The notes below the pieces were generated by a model. That model ran no database searches. It saw only the letters and a program-made list of their open reading frames with translations, and had not been told where the DNA came from. Position numbers and translations under genes: made by a program. Shown here one piece after another: positions 42,401 to 53,442 of a DNA stretch of 64,000 nucleotides. Numbering within the stretch: the stretch's first letter is position 1; each line of letters opens with the position of its first letter. Source of the stretch: Rebecca billardiae RCC1528 (lineage: Eukaryota > Protista > Haptophyta); the NCBI GenBank assembly GCA_965240325.2, contig OZ251222.1:4154001-4218000 (forward strand). The letters are read 5' to 3'.

Positions 42401-43427
42401 GGCGGGGGCAGCGGGCGCTCCGAGGAGTCGGCGAGCCTCGAGCTCATCGGGCGCTCGGCGGAGGACACGGGCGTGCGCGACGAGGCCGCGCTCCGCGCCT
42501 TCCTGCACGCGGGCATTGCGCGCGGCATCGGGCTCGGCCGCGCGGCCGCGTGGCGCGAGCCGCTGCTGCTCGTGCTGCGGGAGCGCGCGGGCGAGCCGCC
42601 GCCGCCCGCGCTGGCGGCGACGCTGCTGTGCGTGCGCGCGCTGATCGAGTTCAACGCGGTGCTGTGCGCGGCCGTGGTCATCGTGCGCGAGCCCGGCACC
42701 GCCGCCGCCGCCGAGCCCGCCGCGCCGCGCGCGCACGGCGCCGCGGCGGACGCGGCGCAGGCCGCGCGCGCGCGCGCCGCGCTCGACCTTGCAGGCCTGG
42801 TCGCCGCCATCGGCATCAAGGCGGCCGTCGGGCCGATCGTGCTGGAGGAGGTGGCGGAGGAGGCGGAGGGGTGCGACGCGGAGGGCATGGAGCGCTCGGT
42901 CTCCGCCGTCCGCCGCGCCTTCGACGAGTCCCCGCCCGAGGCCCTCCGCGTCGTCCTCCCGACCGGCTGCCCGTGGGCGCTTGCGCACTTTGCGCGCGTG
43001 CACGCCAAGCTGTTCCGCGAGCGCACGGCGCAGGTGCTCGGGCTGGGCGAGTGGAGCGCGGAGGCGGAGGGCGACGCGGCGGGGCCGGGCGCGGCCGACG
43101 GGCTGCCGCTCACGCCCCCGAGCCCCGCCGCGCCGTGCACCATCGAGCCGCCGCCCACGTGCCCCGGGCGCGCGGCGTGCGAGCGCGCGGGCGCGGCGCT
43201 CGCGACGCGCTGCGTGCAGCTAGGGGTGCCGTTGCTCGTCGCGCCGGCGGCGCTCGTGCGCGCGTGCGCGATGCCGCGCGCGGTGTACGACGCGCTGCCG
43301 AGCGTGGCGGGCGAGTTCGGCGCGTCGCTGCTCCGCTCGACGCGCGCGTACGTCGAGCGCGCCGTCGAGGCCGCGCCCGCGCCCGCGGCCGACGCGGCAG
43401 CGGCCGACGCGGCCGACGCGGCAGCGC

Positions 43428-43458
<31 letters not shown>

Positions 43459-44833
43459 TCAGCTGCCGCCCGAGCGCGCGTGGGCCGAGGCGGAGTTTGG
43501 GCTCGAGCCCGAGCCCGAGCGGCAGGGCGGCGGGGCGGCGGGCGTGTGGTCGCGCGTGGCGCGCGTCCCCGCCGCCGGCCCCGTCCTCGTCCTCGCGGTC
43601 GTGCAGTCACGCGCCGAGCGGCCGCTGCTCTGCGAGGGACAGACCTGCCAGCTGCGCGGCGCGACGCACCGCTGCCTCGACGAGATGGGCTCGGTGGAGG
43701 CGGACGGCGCGGGCGACGGCACCGTGGGCGCGCTGGCGCACCTGCTGCTCAAGGCGGCGTCGCTCTCCGCGGTCGGCTCGCTCGCGGCCGCACCGCTCCC
43801 CTCGCGCCGACCGGCGCGCGCCTCCTCGCGCTTCCCCCGCCGCTCCAGCCCAGGCACGCCGGCCGGCGCCGTCCGGTTCGAGCTGGGCGGCGGCGGGCTC
43901 GCGAGCGGCGGCGGCGGTGCCGGGCAGGGCGACAGCGTCGGCATCATCTGCGAGGGCGTGGGCTGGGTGAGCCTGGCCGACGCCGTGCCCGAGTGGCTGG
44001 GCCACGGCGCGCCCGCACACCCGAGTGCCGCCCAGCACGCCGACGAGCCGCCCGCCGCGCAGCAGCGCACGAGCCAGCAGCGCAGCTCGACGCGCACCAA
44101 CTCGACCGCCACCTCCTCCTCGTTCGCGCGCGCCAAGGACGGCGCGCTGCGCCGAGCGCGCACCCTCTCGCTCGCGGCGGCGGAGGCGGTGTCCACGACG
44201 GATTCCTCGAGCTTCCGCCGGCCCGCGCGCCGCTCGCGCAACCCGACCTCGGGCGCGTTCGCCTCGGGCGTCTTCGCCTCGGGCCTGGTGAGCACGCTGC
44301 GCCGCGGCTCTGCCGGCAGGGAGCACGCGAGCGTCGGCGCGGGCGCGCCGCCCGAGCGCCGCAGCGCCGCGCGCCAGAGCGCGCAGGCAGCGGGCGGCGG
44401 CGGCTTCGCAAAGCCGAGGCGCGGCTCCGAGGCCGCGCGCGCGCGCAGGCACGAGCAGCTGCGGCGCGACGCCGAGTGCGCCAAGGTGGACGCCCTGCTC
44501 GAGGACGCGCGCAGCGCCGGCGGCCGCGCGTCCGGCGGCCCGCAGCAGCCGCGCCGCTCTCGCACGCCTTCCTTCTCGCAGGGCTCCGGCCGCGCCCGCG
44601 TCAACCCGCTCACCTTCACGCCCAGCACGAGCGCGCGCCGCATGGCCAACCGCAACACGTCGCTGCGCGTGAATCCCGGCGGGCTCGGCTCGCTGCTGGC
44701 CAACCTGCGCGACGAGGACGAGGGCGATGAGCGCGCGGAGGAGGACGACTCCGACGGCGACGAGGACGGCGCCGACGGCCCGACGGACATCGTCCGAGCG
44801 GTGGGCACGCCAGACGGCGTCGGGCCTGGGTAG
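39500..44833 (+). CDS. Single-pass receptor-like protein: Venus-flytrap (type I periplasmic-binding) domain, EGF, TM, XopQ/HopQ1-like nucleoside hydrolase domain, degenerate second copy, disordered tail
   Basis: Signal peptide MRVALALLGVLVRAGA. VFT motifs ADFALAGYAS, FVARYEARWPGESPDYRGA, AIEAAGSLD..AV..AL and FYSLIQFDANGQN. EGF CSARGAC....CAC..GWHGADCE. TM at ~41192..41270. Hydrolase motifs LLVISDAGEDLDDEMAL, VVVMGG, AHNN.FD..AA and FNLYD. Confidence 0.82.
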
Positions 44834-44986
44834 CTAGCGCGGTGCGCTGAGCTGTGAGTGACGATGACAACGGTGACGATGCGCTGCTACTGCTGCGCGA
44901 TTCCATAATATCCGTGCATGTCGCCCAGGCGGCCGCGGTTCAGATCGTGCCTCGTGGTCCCGCGGTCATCATCGGCGTCAGAGTCG

Positions 44987-45018
<32 letters not shown>

Positions 45019-45256
45019 GTAGTAGTCGTCGTCGTCGATCTACTACTGCTGCGCTGATATCGTCGTCCGATCATCATCGTCAGCGCGCGCGAGCATCTGA
45101 CTTATATGCTACGACGACCGAGCTCGTCGCGTCGTCTCTGCTCACGGCTATACTCGTGACGCGCGACTAGCTCGTCACTCGTCTGCTTATATCGTCTGAC
45201 GATGATGAATACGACATCATATCGTCATCGATCATCATCAACTATACTCGTCGCCA

Positions 45257-47551
45257 TCAGCATGACGATGATGACGCCGCATCATCGGCATCATCATCGC
45301 GCGCATCATTTGTTGACGATGCTGTGTCGTCATCGGGCGCGCTGCTGCGCCTGACACTGCCAGCCGCGCCGCCCTCCGTGACGCCCGCAGCCGCCTGCTC
45401 CGCCGCCTCTTCCAGCAGCGCCAGCACGCGCGCGGGGAGGTGGTCGTGCAGCGCGCCCGCGTGCAGCAGCAGCTTGGAGTAGTGCGCGGGCTCGGCGAGG
45501 CCCACGCTCACCTCGCATCGCAGGGCCAGGGGTGGAGCAGCTCCAGCTGGCTCGGCCGCCGGCGCCTGGGCGGGCTCGGCGGCGCCCGGCTCGGCCGAGG
45601 GGGGGGGGGCGTTGGCTGCGGGCAGCAGCGGGGCGGCGGGTGCCTCTGCCTCCGCCCCGTGCGCCGCCTCCACGCCCGCCGCCGAGCCGCCGGACGCGCC
45701 GCCGGCCGAGCCGGCGGCAGCCTGCGCGCCGGCCGCGCCCGGCCGGCCGCGCGGCCGCCACTCGGGCGGCACGTGCAGCTGCCACAGCCGGCCGGGCGGG
45801 AAGTGGTGAGAGAGCCCGCCGCGCGCACAGTCCCACAGCGGCGGGGCGCGGCGCGCGCGCGCGGAGCTGGGCTCGGTCGAGGCGGGGGCGGGTGCGTCGG
45901 CGGGTGCGTCCAGCTCGCGCTCCGCCGACGCGCTCTCCAGCTCGGCCGCGGCCGGCGCGCGCGCCGTCGCCGACGGCCGCCCCAGTACAGAAGCCTCGGG
46001 AGGAGCGTCGGCCGTGCCGCGCGGCGCGCCGCCGCCGAGCGCCGAGCGGACGAGTGCCGCGGCGCCCGACACGCCCGCCTCGATCCCCGCCGCGACGGGC
46101 GCCCACACCGACGCGCGCTCCAGCTCGGCGTGCAGGTGCACCACGTTGACCGCGCACAGCCTCGGCACGAGGTCTGCGCCCACGACCGCGGCCGTCACAA
46201 ACTCACCGAGCGCGCGCGCGGTGCGGAGGTCGGCGATGGCGGGCGGCGAGATGGCGAAGCACCGGGCGCGCGCGCAGGACGGGGGCAGCGCCGCCGCGCC
46301 CCCGCCGCCGCACCCCTCCGCCGCCGCCCCCGCCGACACGTCCGCCGCCGGCTGCCGCAGCAGCGCGGTCGCGAGCGCCGCCGTGCCCGCGCCGAGAGAG
46401 TGCCCGACCAGGGTGAGTGAGTAATCCGGGTACTCGGCGGCGAGCTCGGCGAGCGCGGGGCGTGCGGAGGCGAGGACCGCGCGCGCGGCGCGGAGCATCC
46501 CCGCGTGCACGCTGCCCTCCGCCGGCTCACCCCCTCCGCCCCCCTCGCCGCCCTCGCCGCCCTCGCCGCCCGCCCCCGCCCTCGGCCGCAGCCGCAGCGG
46601 CAGGCAGTCCGCCTGCAGATCAGCGAGCACGTCGTGCAGGGAGTGCGTGCCGCGCACGGCGAGGACGAGGGAGCGCCAGGCGTGGTCGACGGCGAGGTAG
46701 TGCGCGGGGCACAGCGCCGTCGACGCCCACCTCGCGAGGCGCACGTCCGCGTGCGCCAGCCCGGTCAGCCTGCGCAGCGCGCGCGTGTGCGCGCCGCCGT
46801 CCACGTGCGCGTAGCCGCCGTGCGCCGCGTACCCAAGGGCAAACGCGGAGACGGAGGCGAGGTGGCCCGAGTGCGCGGCGAAGCCGAACGCGGCATGCGC
46901 GTGCGCCATGCCGCGCGCGAGGCCCGCCAGCTCCGCCGCGCCCTCCCTCCCCACGCCCGCCGCGCCGCGCAGCAGCGGCTCGAAGGTGGCGGCGTAGAGC
47001 TCCGCGTGGCGCGGCGCGAGAAGCAGCGCGGCCGACGGGTCGGGCGGGAGGAGCGCGTAGCGCCGCGTGCGCCAGAGCGTGGTGCCGACGAGGGCGAGGA
47101 AGGCGCCGACGCTCTCGCGCGCCTCGGCCGACTCCTCGCCCGCCGCCGCCGCGCCGGGCGCGGCCGTCGGCGGCGCGCGCGCCGAGGGCGGCACGAGGTG
47201 CCAGTACCGCCAGCGCACGCGGTCGGTCGGGCGGCGCACGGCGCGGCCGCCCTCGCGGAGGGCACCGGCGCGGCGCGTCGAGGTGCCGTGCAGCCAGCCC
47301 TCCGCGCTCGTGCCCTCGTGCGCGATCGGGCGCCACACCAGCGCGTCCGCGCTCGCGGCCGACCGCGCGCGCGCTGCGCGCCGCTCCGCGCGCGTCGGCG
47401 CCGCGCTCCACGCGCTCGCGCCCCACGGCGCGCCGGGCAGGATGGAGACGAGCTGCTGCACCTCCACGAGCAGCGCCGCCTCGGGCACTTCGTCCTCCTC
47501 CTCCTCCTCCTCCTCGTCGCCGCGTGCGCCCGGCGCGTCGGCGTCGCGCAT
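45257..47551 (-). CDS. Class 3 lipase, sn1-diacylglycerol lipase-like
   Basis: HYLAVDHAWRSLVLAVRGTHSLHDVLADL, VHAGML, LVGHSLGAGTA, CFAISPP, GADLVPRL and LHDHLP. Start uncertain. Confidence 0.87.
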   Translation of the reverse strand: MRDADAPGARGDEEEEEEEDEVPEAALLVEVQQLVSILPGAPWGASAWSAAPTRAERRAARARSAASADALVWRPIAHEGTSAEGWLHGTSTRRAGALREGGRAVRRPTDRVRWRYWHLVPPSARAPPTAAPGAAAAGEESAEARESVGAFLALVGTTLWRTRRYALLPPDPSAALLLAPRHAELYAATFEPLLRGAAGVGREGAAELAGLARGMAHAHAAFGFAAHSGHLASVSAFALGYAAHGGYAHVDGGAHTRALRRLTGLAHADVRLARWASTALCPAHYLAVDHAWRSLVLAVRGTHSLHDVLADLQADCLPLRLRPRAGAGGEGGEGGEGGGGGEPAEGSVHAGMLRAARAVLASARPALAELAAEYPDYSLTLVGHSLGAGTAALATALLRQPAADVSAGAAAEGCGGGGAAALPPSCARARCFAISPPAIADLRTARALGEFVTAAVVGADLVPRLCAVNVVHLHAELERASVWAPVAAGIEAGVSGAAALVRSALGGGAPRGTADAPPEASVLGRPSATARAPAAAELESASAERELDAPADAPAPASTEPSSARARRAPPLWDCARGGLSHHFPPGRLWQLHVPPEWRPRGRPGAAGAQAAAGSAGGASGGSAAGVEAAHGAEAEAPAAPLLPAANAPPPSAEPGAAEPAQAPAAEPAGAAPPLALRCEVSVGLAEPAHYSKLLLHAGALHDHLPARVLALLEEAAEQAAAGVTEGGAAGSVRRSSAPDDDTASSTNDARDDDADDAASSSSC

Positions 47552-48440
47552 GTGCTTTCCGTCCTCTCGCAGCCGGCTGGTGCCGGCCGGCGGGCGCGAA
47601 TCAGCCGTCCGTCCTTGGGCAGCGCTCCGCCGGAAAAGCGGCAAACAGAAAAGAAAAGCCGCCACCAAAGCACAAGGTCGTCGCGAGGCGGCGGCGCAGC
47701 CGCAGCTGACGGGCGCGGCCGTGGATGTTTGGCGCGCCGTCGTCAACCGGAGGGCGGATGCGGGAGGTGGAGGGCTGAGTCGACATCATGATGACGACCA
47801 GGGGCAGGGGCAGACCGCGCGCGCAGGATTTCGTGACGACCGCCCGCATGATCGTGATTCACCTCGCGTGATGGCCGTGATCGCGGGCGGCCCCACTCTG
47901 AGTCAGTGGTAACGCTGCGACTGATGGCCAGAGAGGCCACTGCCGACGGTGCCGACGATGCGGACCAGTTGCGCCCGCGCAAGACTAGCAGGCGCGGACG
48001 ACGCAGTCTTATCTAGCTTGATCGAACTGGCTGAGTATAGCAACGTCGACGACGACTACTCAAAAACTGATGCGGGCCGTGTGCGCGGTACCGTTCGGAT
48101 GCGCGCGCGCTGCTGCGAGCACTGCCACTGGCCCACTGGCACTGATGAGACTGATATGGGCAGTAGCTACTACGGTGCTACTTAGTATATATATATATAT
48201 ATATCGATCTATATACTACTTAGACACATCGCGGTATATAATCTGAGATGTGCACGTAGCATATAATAGGCTAGTAGTAATGATGATAGCGTCGTCGTCA
48301 TTATTGTCGAGCAGCGGTGACATCACCTTGCTGACAATCGCAATGGAATACGGACGGATTACGGAGCGCGCGATGATGATGACGAATGCGCTGCTGCTGC
48401 ATCACGCCCACGCGGCCTCACCCGCCCTCGTCCGCGACCT

Positions 48441-51400
48441 TCACGACGGGATGCGCGGAGGCTGCGGCGGCGACTGCGAGCGCGAGCGTGAGGGCGCGGT
48501 CGACGCGCCTCGCGACGTGCCTCGGCTCCCGCCCGCCCCGAAGCCGGGCGGCGAGCGCGAGCGTGAGCGTGAGCGCGAGCGTGAGCTGGAGCCGGCGTGC
48601 TCGCTGCTGCCCACGCGCGGCGAGGCGGCGCCGCTGCTCGCGCCGCCGGCGCCGCCCAGCGGCGGCGGTGAGCGCGAGCGCGAGCGCGAGCGCGAGCGCG
48701 AGCGCGAGCGTGAGCGCGAGGCGGCGCGCAGGATGGCGGGCACCTCGCCCAGCCCGATCGGCTGCAGCGACGGCGAGCGCGAGCGCGAGCGGTCGCGCTC
48801 GCCCCTGGTGATGGCCTGCCGCAGCGCGCGCTCTCGGAAGCCGGCCGCGCCGGGCGAGAGCATGCGCCCGCCGTCCGCGCGGCTGGGCGGGGCCGGGCGC
48901 TGCGGCGTGACGCCGAGGACGCGCCGCCCGCCCGGCGCGGTCGCGTCGCGCACGATGCGCGCGGCCCCCGCCGCCTCCGCCGTCGGGCTCGGCCGGCGGC
49001 CGAGGAGGCGGCGCAGCCAGCGGCCGGCGCCAAGCTTGGGCGCGCGCGACCCCGCGCCGCCGCGCGCCGCGGCCGCCGCCTCCGCCGCCGCGTGCTGCCG
49101 CTCGGAGCGGCGGAGCAGGACGCCGGCGCCGGCGCTCGCGCAGGTGAGCAGGCCGAGCGCGAGCGCGACGGGCAGCGCGAGCGCCACGCGCACCGGCAGC
49201 TGCGCCGCCCAGCAGCCGAAGCGCAGCGGCGCGGCGCCGGGCGGCGGCGGCCCTAGGATAGCGTGCAGCGGCGAGCGCGGCGCGCCGCCGCGCGTCTGCA
49301 GCCGCAGCGTGGTGTGGTGGCGCAGCTGGTGGACGCGGAGCAGCGCGGCGGCGCGGCGCTCGCGCGTGCGCAGCGCGAAGAGCAGCAGGCACAGCAGCAC
49401 GAAGCCGTCCACCAGCAGGATCACCTGCAGCGGCGTGAGCGCGAACGCAAAGTCGATCGCGCGCGGCCGCAGCGTGACGCGCTGCTCGGACGAGGAGCTG
49501 AACGCTTCGTCCGCCGTCACGACGCCCACGTCGCGCGCGAGGGAGAAGAGCTCGAGGGAGAGCGTGCCGGCGGGCGCGCGCCCGCCCAGCCCCAGCGCGT
49601 CGCTCGCCGCGCCCGCCGCCGCCGCGACGAACCCGACGATCTCGCCCGCCGCCGCCCAGAGGCCGGACCCCTCGTCGAAGAGCGCGGCGAACGCGCCCGC
49701 GCCCAGCTCGGAGGGCGGCACGCGCGTGAGCGGCAGGCGGACGGAGGCGGCGGCGGGGAGGTCGGCGAGCGCGGCGGGGAGGGGCGCGCCGGTGGCCGCG
49801 TCCCACACGCGCACCGAGAGCACGCGCGACGCGAGCGCCTCCCCCGCCGCCGCGCGGTGCAGCTCGACGTCCCAGCCCGCGACGAGCACGGCCGCGCCGC
49901 CGGCCGCGCCGCCGGCCGCGCCGCCGGCCGCGCCGCCGGCCGCGCCGACGCTCAGGCTCTGCGGGAGCGTGGCGACGCAGCGCTCGGCGGCGAGCTGCTC
50001 GGGCGTGGCGAGCGTCGCGCCGGCGAGCGCGGCGGCGGGGCCCACCCACGCGCGCGCGCGCACCGCGCGCGTCAGCACCACCGCCGCCTGCTCCGACGGC
50101 GCGCGCGCGGCGAGGCTGGCGCCGAGTGCGGCGTGCGCCGACGCCTGCGCGCGCAGCATCCGCGCCGCGTGCGCGCCGCCGTCGGTGGGCAGGCCGGCGG
50201 CGGAGCGCATCGCCTCGCCGAGCGCGTGCTCGGCGGCGCACGCGGACAGCGCGCCGACCAGCGCGCGCAGCGGGCCGAGCGGCAGCGACCACGGCGCCGT
50301 CGCGCCGAGCGGCGCCGCGGCCGCGGCCGCGAGCGCGGCCGCGGCAACGTCGGCCGCGTGCGGCGCGAGGGCGTCGCACGCACCGTCGCCGAGCGAGCCG
50401 GGCGGCGCGGCGCCGGCGAGCGCGAGCGCGAGCGAGGCGTGGCGCGCGACGGTGGCGCGCGACGGCCGCGCGAGCGCGAGCGCCGCGCGCGCGCGCAGCG
50501 CGAGCCGCCGCCGCGCCTCGCGCGCGGCGGCGCACGGCGCGGCGCCGTGCGCGCCCGCGCCCGCGCCGCAGCCAAGCGCGGCGTCGGCCGCGTCGCGCGC
50601 GGCGCCGGCGGCGAGCAGGGCGAGCGCGGCGCCGGGGCCGTCGGCGCTGGCGAGCCGCGCGTCGACCGCCTCGATCGCCGCGTCGGACGCGTGCGCGCCC
50701 GCCGCACCCGCCGCGTCCACCACGCCCGCCGCCTCCTCGTCGCCCGCGTCGGCGGCGACGAGCGCGCGCGCGCCGAGCGCGCTGCTGACGACGCCGACGA
50801 CGGCGTGCGCGCCCGGTGGCAGCGGCACGCAGCAGAGGGACGGGTCGAGGGCGGGGGCGGAGAGCGGGAGCGCGGCGGACGCGGCGTGCGCGCTCGCGCT
50901 CGAGCCGCCCGCCGCCGCGCCCAGCCGCGCACCCTCCTCCGCCACCGCGTCCGCGCGGTCGGCGTCATCGTCGAGCCAGCCGCGCAGCGTGCGGCGCGCG
51001 CCCGCCGCGGCCGCGCCCGCGTTCGCTCCGTCGTCGGCCGCGCCCGCGGGCGCGCGCGCGCCGCGCTTGAGCCAGAAGGCGTAGTGCAGCGGCAGGTCGG
51101 ACGCGGGGTCGGCGGCGCTCCAGCGGCTCAGCTCGAACGCCCACACCGCCGTCCCCGCCGGCGCGCGCCCCGCGCTCGCCGCGCCCTCCGCGCGCGCCGC
51201 GCGCGCGTCGATCCTGCCTCCGAGCGGCGGCGGCGCGGTGCGCACGACCAACGTGGCGGCCGCGCTGTACCCGGAGTCGGTGGGCGCGCGGCGGAGGGAG
51301 AAGGCGTAGCTCGCGCCGGGCGCGAGCGCGTCGGCGCGCACGAGCAGCGTCGGCGCGCCCAGCGGCGAGCGCACCACGCCGAACCCCGCGTCGAGCGCGC

Positions 51401-53391
51401 CGAGCGAGCCGGCGGGCGGCGCGAGCGCCGCTCCCTCCGCGGTCGCGGCCGCGCGGCCGGCCGCGGCGCTCGAGTAGTCCGCGGCCAGCACGCTCCACTC
51501 GGCCGCGCCGAAGGGCTCGAGCGGCGCGGCGGCGAGCGCGGCGGCCTCGGACGCGGAGGCGGGCGCGAGCCCGCGCAGCGCGAGCGCGCCGCCGTCGTGC
51601 GCGAGGCCATCCGACGCGGGCGCGCCGTACAGCTGCGCGGAGGCGGCGGGCGCGTCGGCGGCGAGCGCAACGCTCACGCGCGCGGCCGCGCTCGCCGACT
51701 GCAGCGAGGCGCGCGCGCGCGCGTGCAGCGTGGCGGTGGCGGTGACGGTGAAGACGTACTCGCCGGGCGCGGGCATCGGCGCGTCGGCGCCCTCGGCGCC
51801 GCCCAGCGTGAGCAGCCCGCCCGCGCCCAGCCCGCCGAGCTCGAGCCCGGCGCACGGCGCGCCGCCCGCGTCCGCGCGCGCGCACGCCCACGCGAACGCG
51901 AGCGCGCCGCCGGACGCGTGCTCCGCGCCCGACGCGTGCGGGTCGAAGGAGGCGCGCGCGTCGAGCTCGAGCACGCCGGCGGCGCCGACGGTGCGCGAGG
52001 TCCCCCCCGCGATGCCCACCACCGGCGCCGCCTCCGCCGTGCGCACGCGCAGCGGCGCGGACGCGGTGCCGTTGCCGCCGAGCGCGCCGCCGCCGCCGCC
52101 GCCCGCCTCGGCCGCCGAGTCCGCGCCCGCGCGCGCGGCGCCGAGCGCGCCGTCAAGCCTCGCGCTCAGCCACGCGTCGAAGCCGAGCTCGGCGGCGGCG
52201 GGGTCGAAGGGGCGGCCGTCCACCTCGATCCACGCGAGCACCGCCGCCGTGTACGACCGCCCGGCGCGCAGCGCGCCCGGCGGCAGCCGCAGCTCGGCGG
52301 GCGCGGCCGCGGCGCCGAGCGCGGCCGCGGCCGCGGCGGCCGCGTCGTCGAGCGCCCCCCAGCGGCCGCCATACGCGGCCGCGGCGCGCTCGAGGAGCGT
52401 GGCGTTGGGGAGGGCGGCGAGCTCGGCGTCGGAGGCGGCGTCTCGCGCGTACAGCGCGCCGTCGCGCAGCACGAACGCCTCGCGCGCGTACGCCACGCCC
52501 GCCGCCTCGTAGTGCGTCTCGTTGAGCTCGGTCGCGCCGCCCGGCACCGCGAGAGGCAGGCCGCTGATGTTGAGCAACGCGTCGCGCGCGGCCGCGGAGA
52601 GCGGGGCGAGGGCGGCGGAGCGCGAGGGGGTGAGGCGTGCGAAGCCGAGGGCGGAGGCGCCGAGGGCGAGCGCGAGCGAGCGGTTCGCCAGCGCGCCCGC
52701 CGCGCCGAGCCCGTCGGGCGGCGCGCCCGACGCGTCGTCGCGCACCGCCCACGCCAGCCGCAGCGCGCCGCCCTCGGGCGCGCACGGCGGCAGCGACGCG
52801 GACGCGCCGACCGTGCCGCCGGCGAGCGCGCCGAGCTGGAGCTCGGCGGGCGCGTGCACGGTGAGGACGGGCGAGGTGGACGGCGGCGCGGGCGCGTCCA
52901 CGCCCGCCGCCGCCGCCCAGTCGCCCGCGCCGATGCGCACCTCCGCGTCCGCCGCCTCGCCCCACGGCGCGCGCACGCGCAGAGCCAACACGAGCGCGCG
53001 CGCCGCGCCCGCGCCGCCGCGCGCGGCCGCCGCGGCCGCGTCCGCCGCGGCGACGGCGGCGAAGGCGGCGGGCGGCAGCGCGAGCTCGAGGCTGTGCGCG
53101 CCGGCGCCCGCGTCCGCGAGCGCCGCGCGCAGCGCGCCCGCCGCGTGCGAGTGCGGCGGCACCGCCCACTGGTACGCCAGCCCCGCCGCGCCGCCGCCGA
53201 GTGACATCAGGGCGTGCACGCGCGCGCTTGCGTTGGTGTCGGCGCCGCTCGGCGCGAGCGCGGCGCCGGTCGAGGCGGGGGCGCAGGCCGCGGGCGCGGG
53301 CACGCGCAGCTCGCGCGGCGCGACGATCACGGCGCGCACGCCGCCCGCGCCCGCGCCCGCCGCCGCGCCGAGCGGGAATGGCGCGCGCGCG

Positions 53392-53442
<51 letters not shown>

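Noticed and set aside
39305-44730. Long overlapping ORFs (1232 aa minus, 1165 aa plus), and similar shadows over most genes
   Set aside because: Stop-codon scarcity at very high GC. The translations are Arg/Ala-rich with no motifs.
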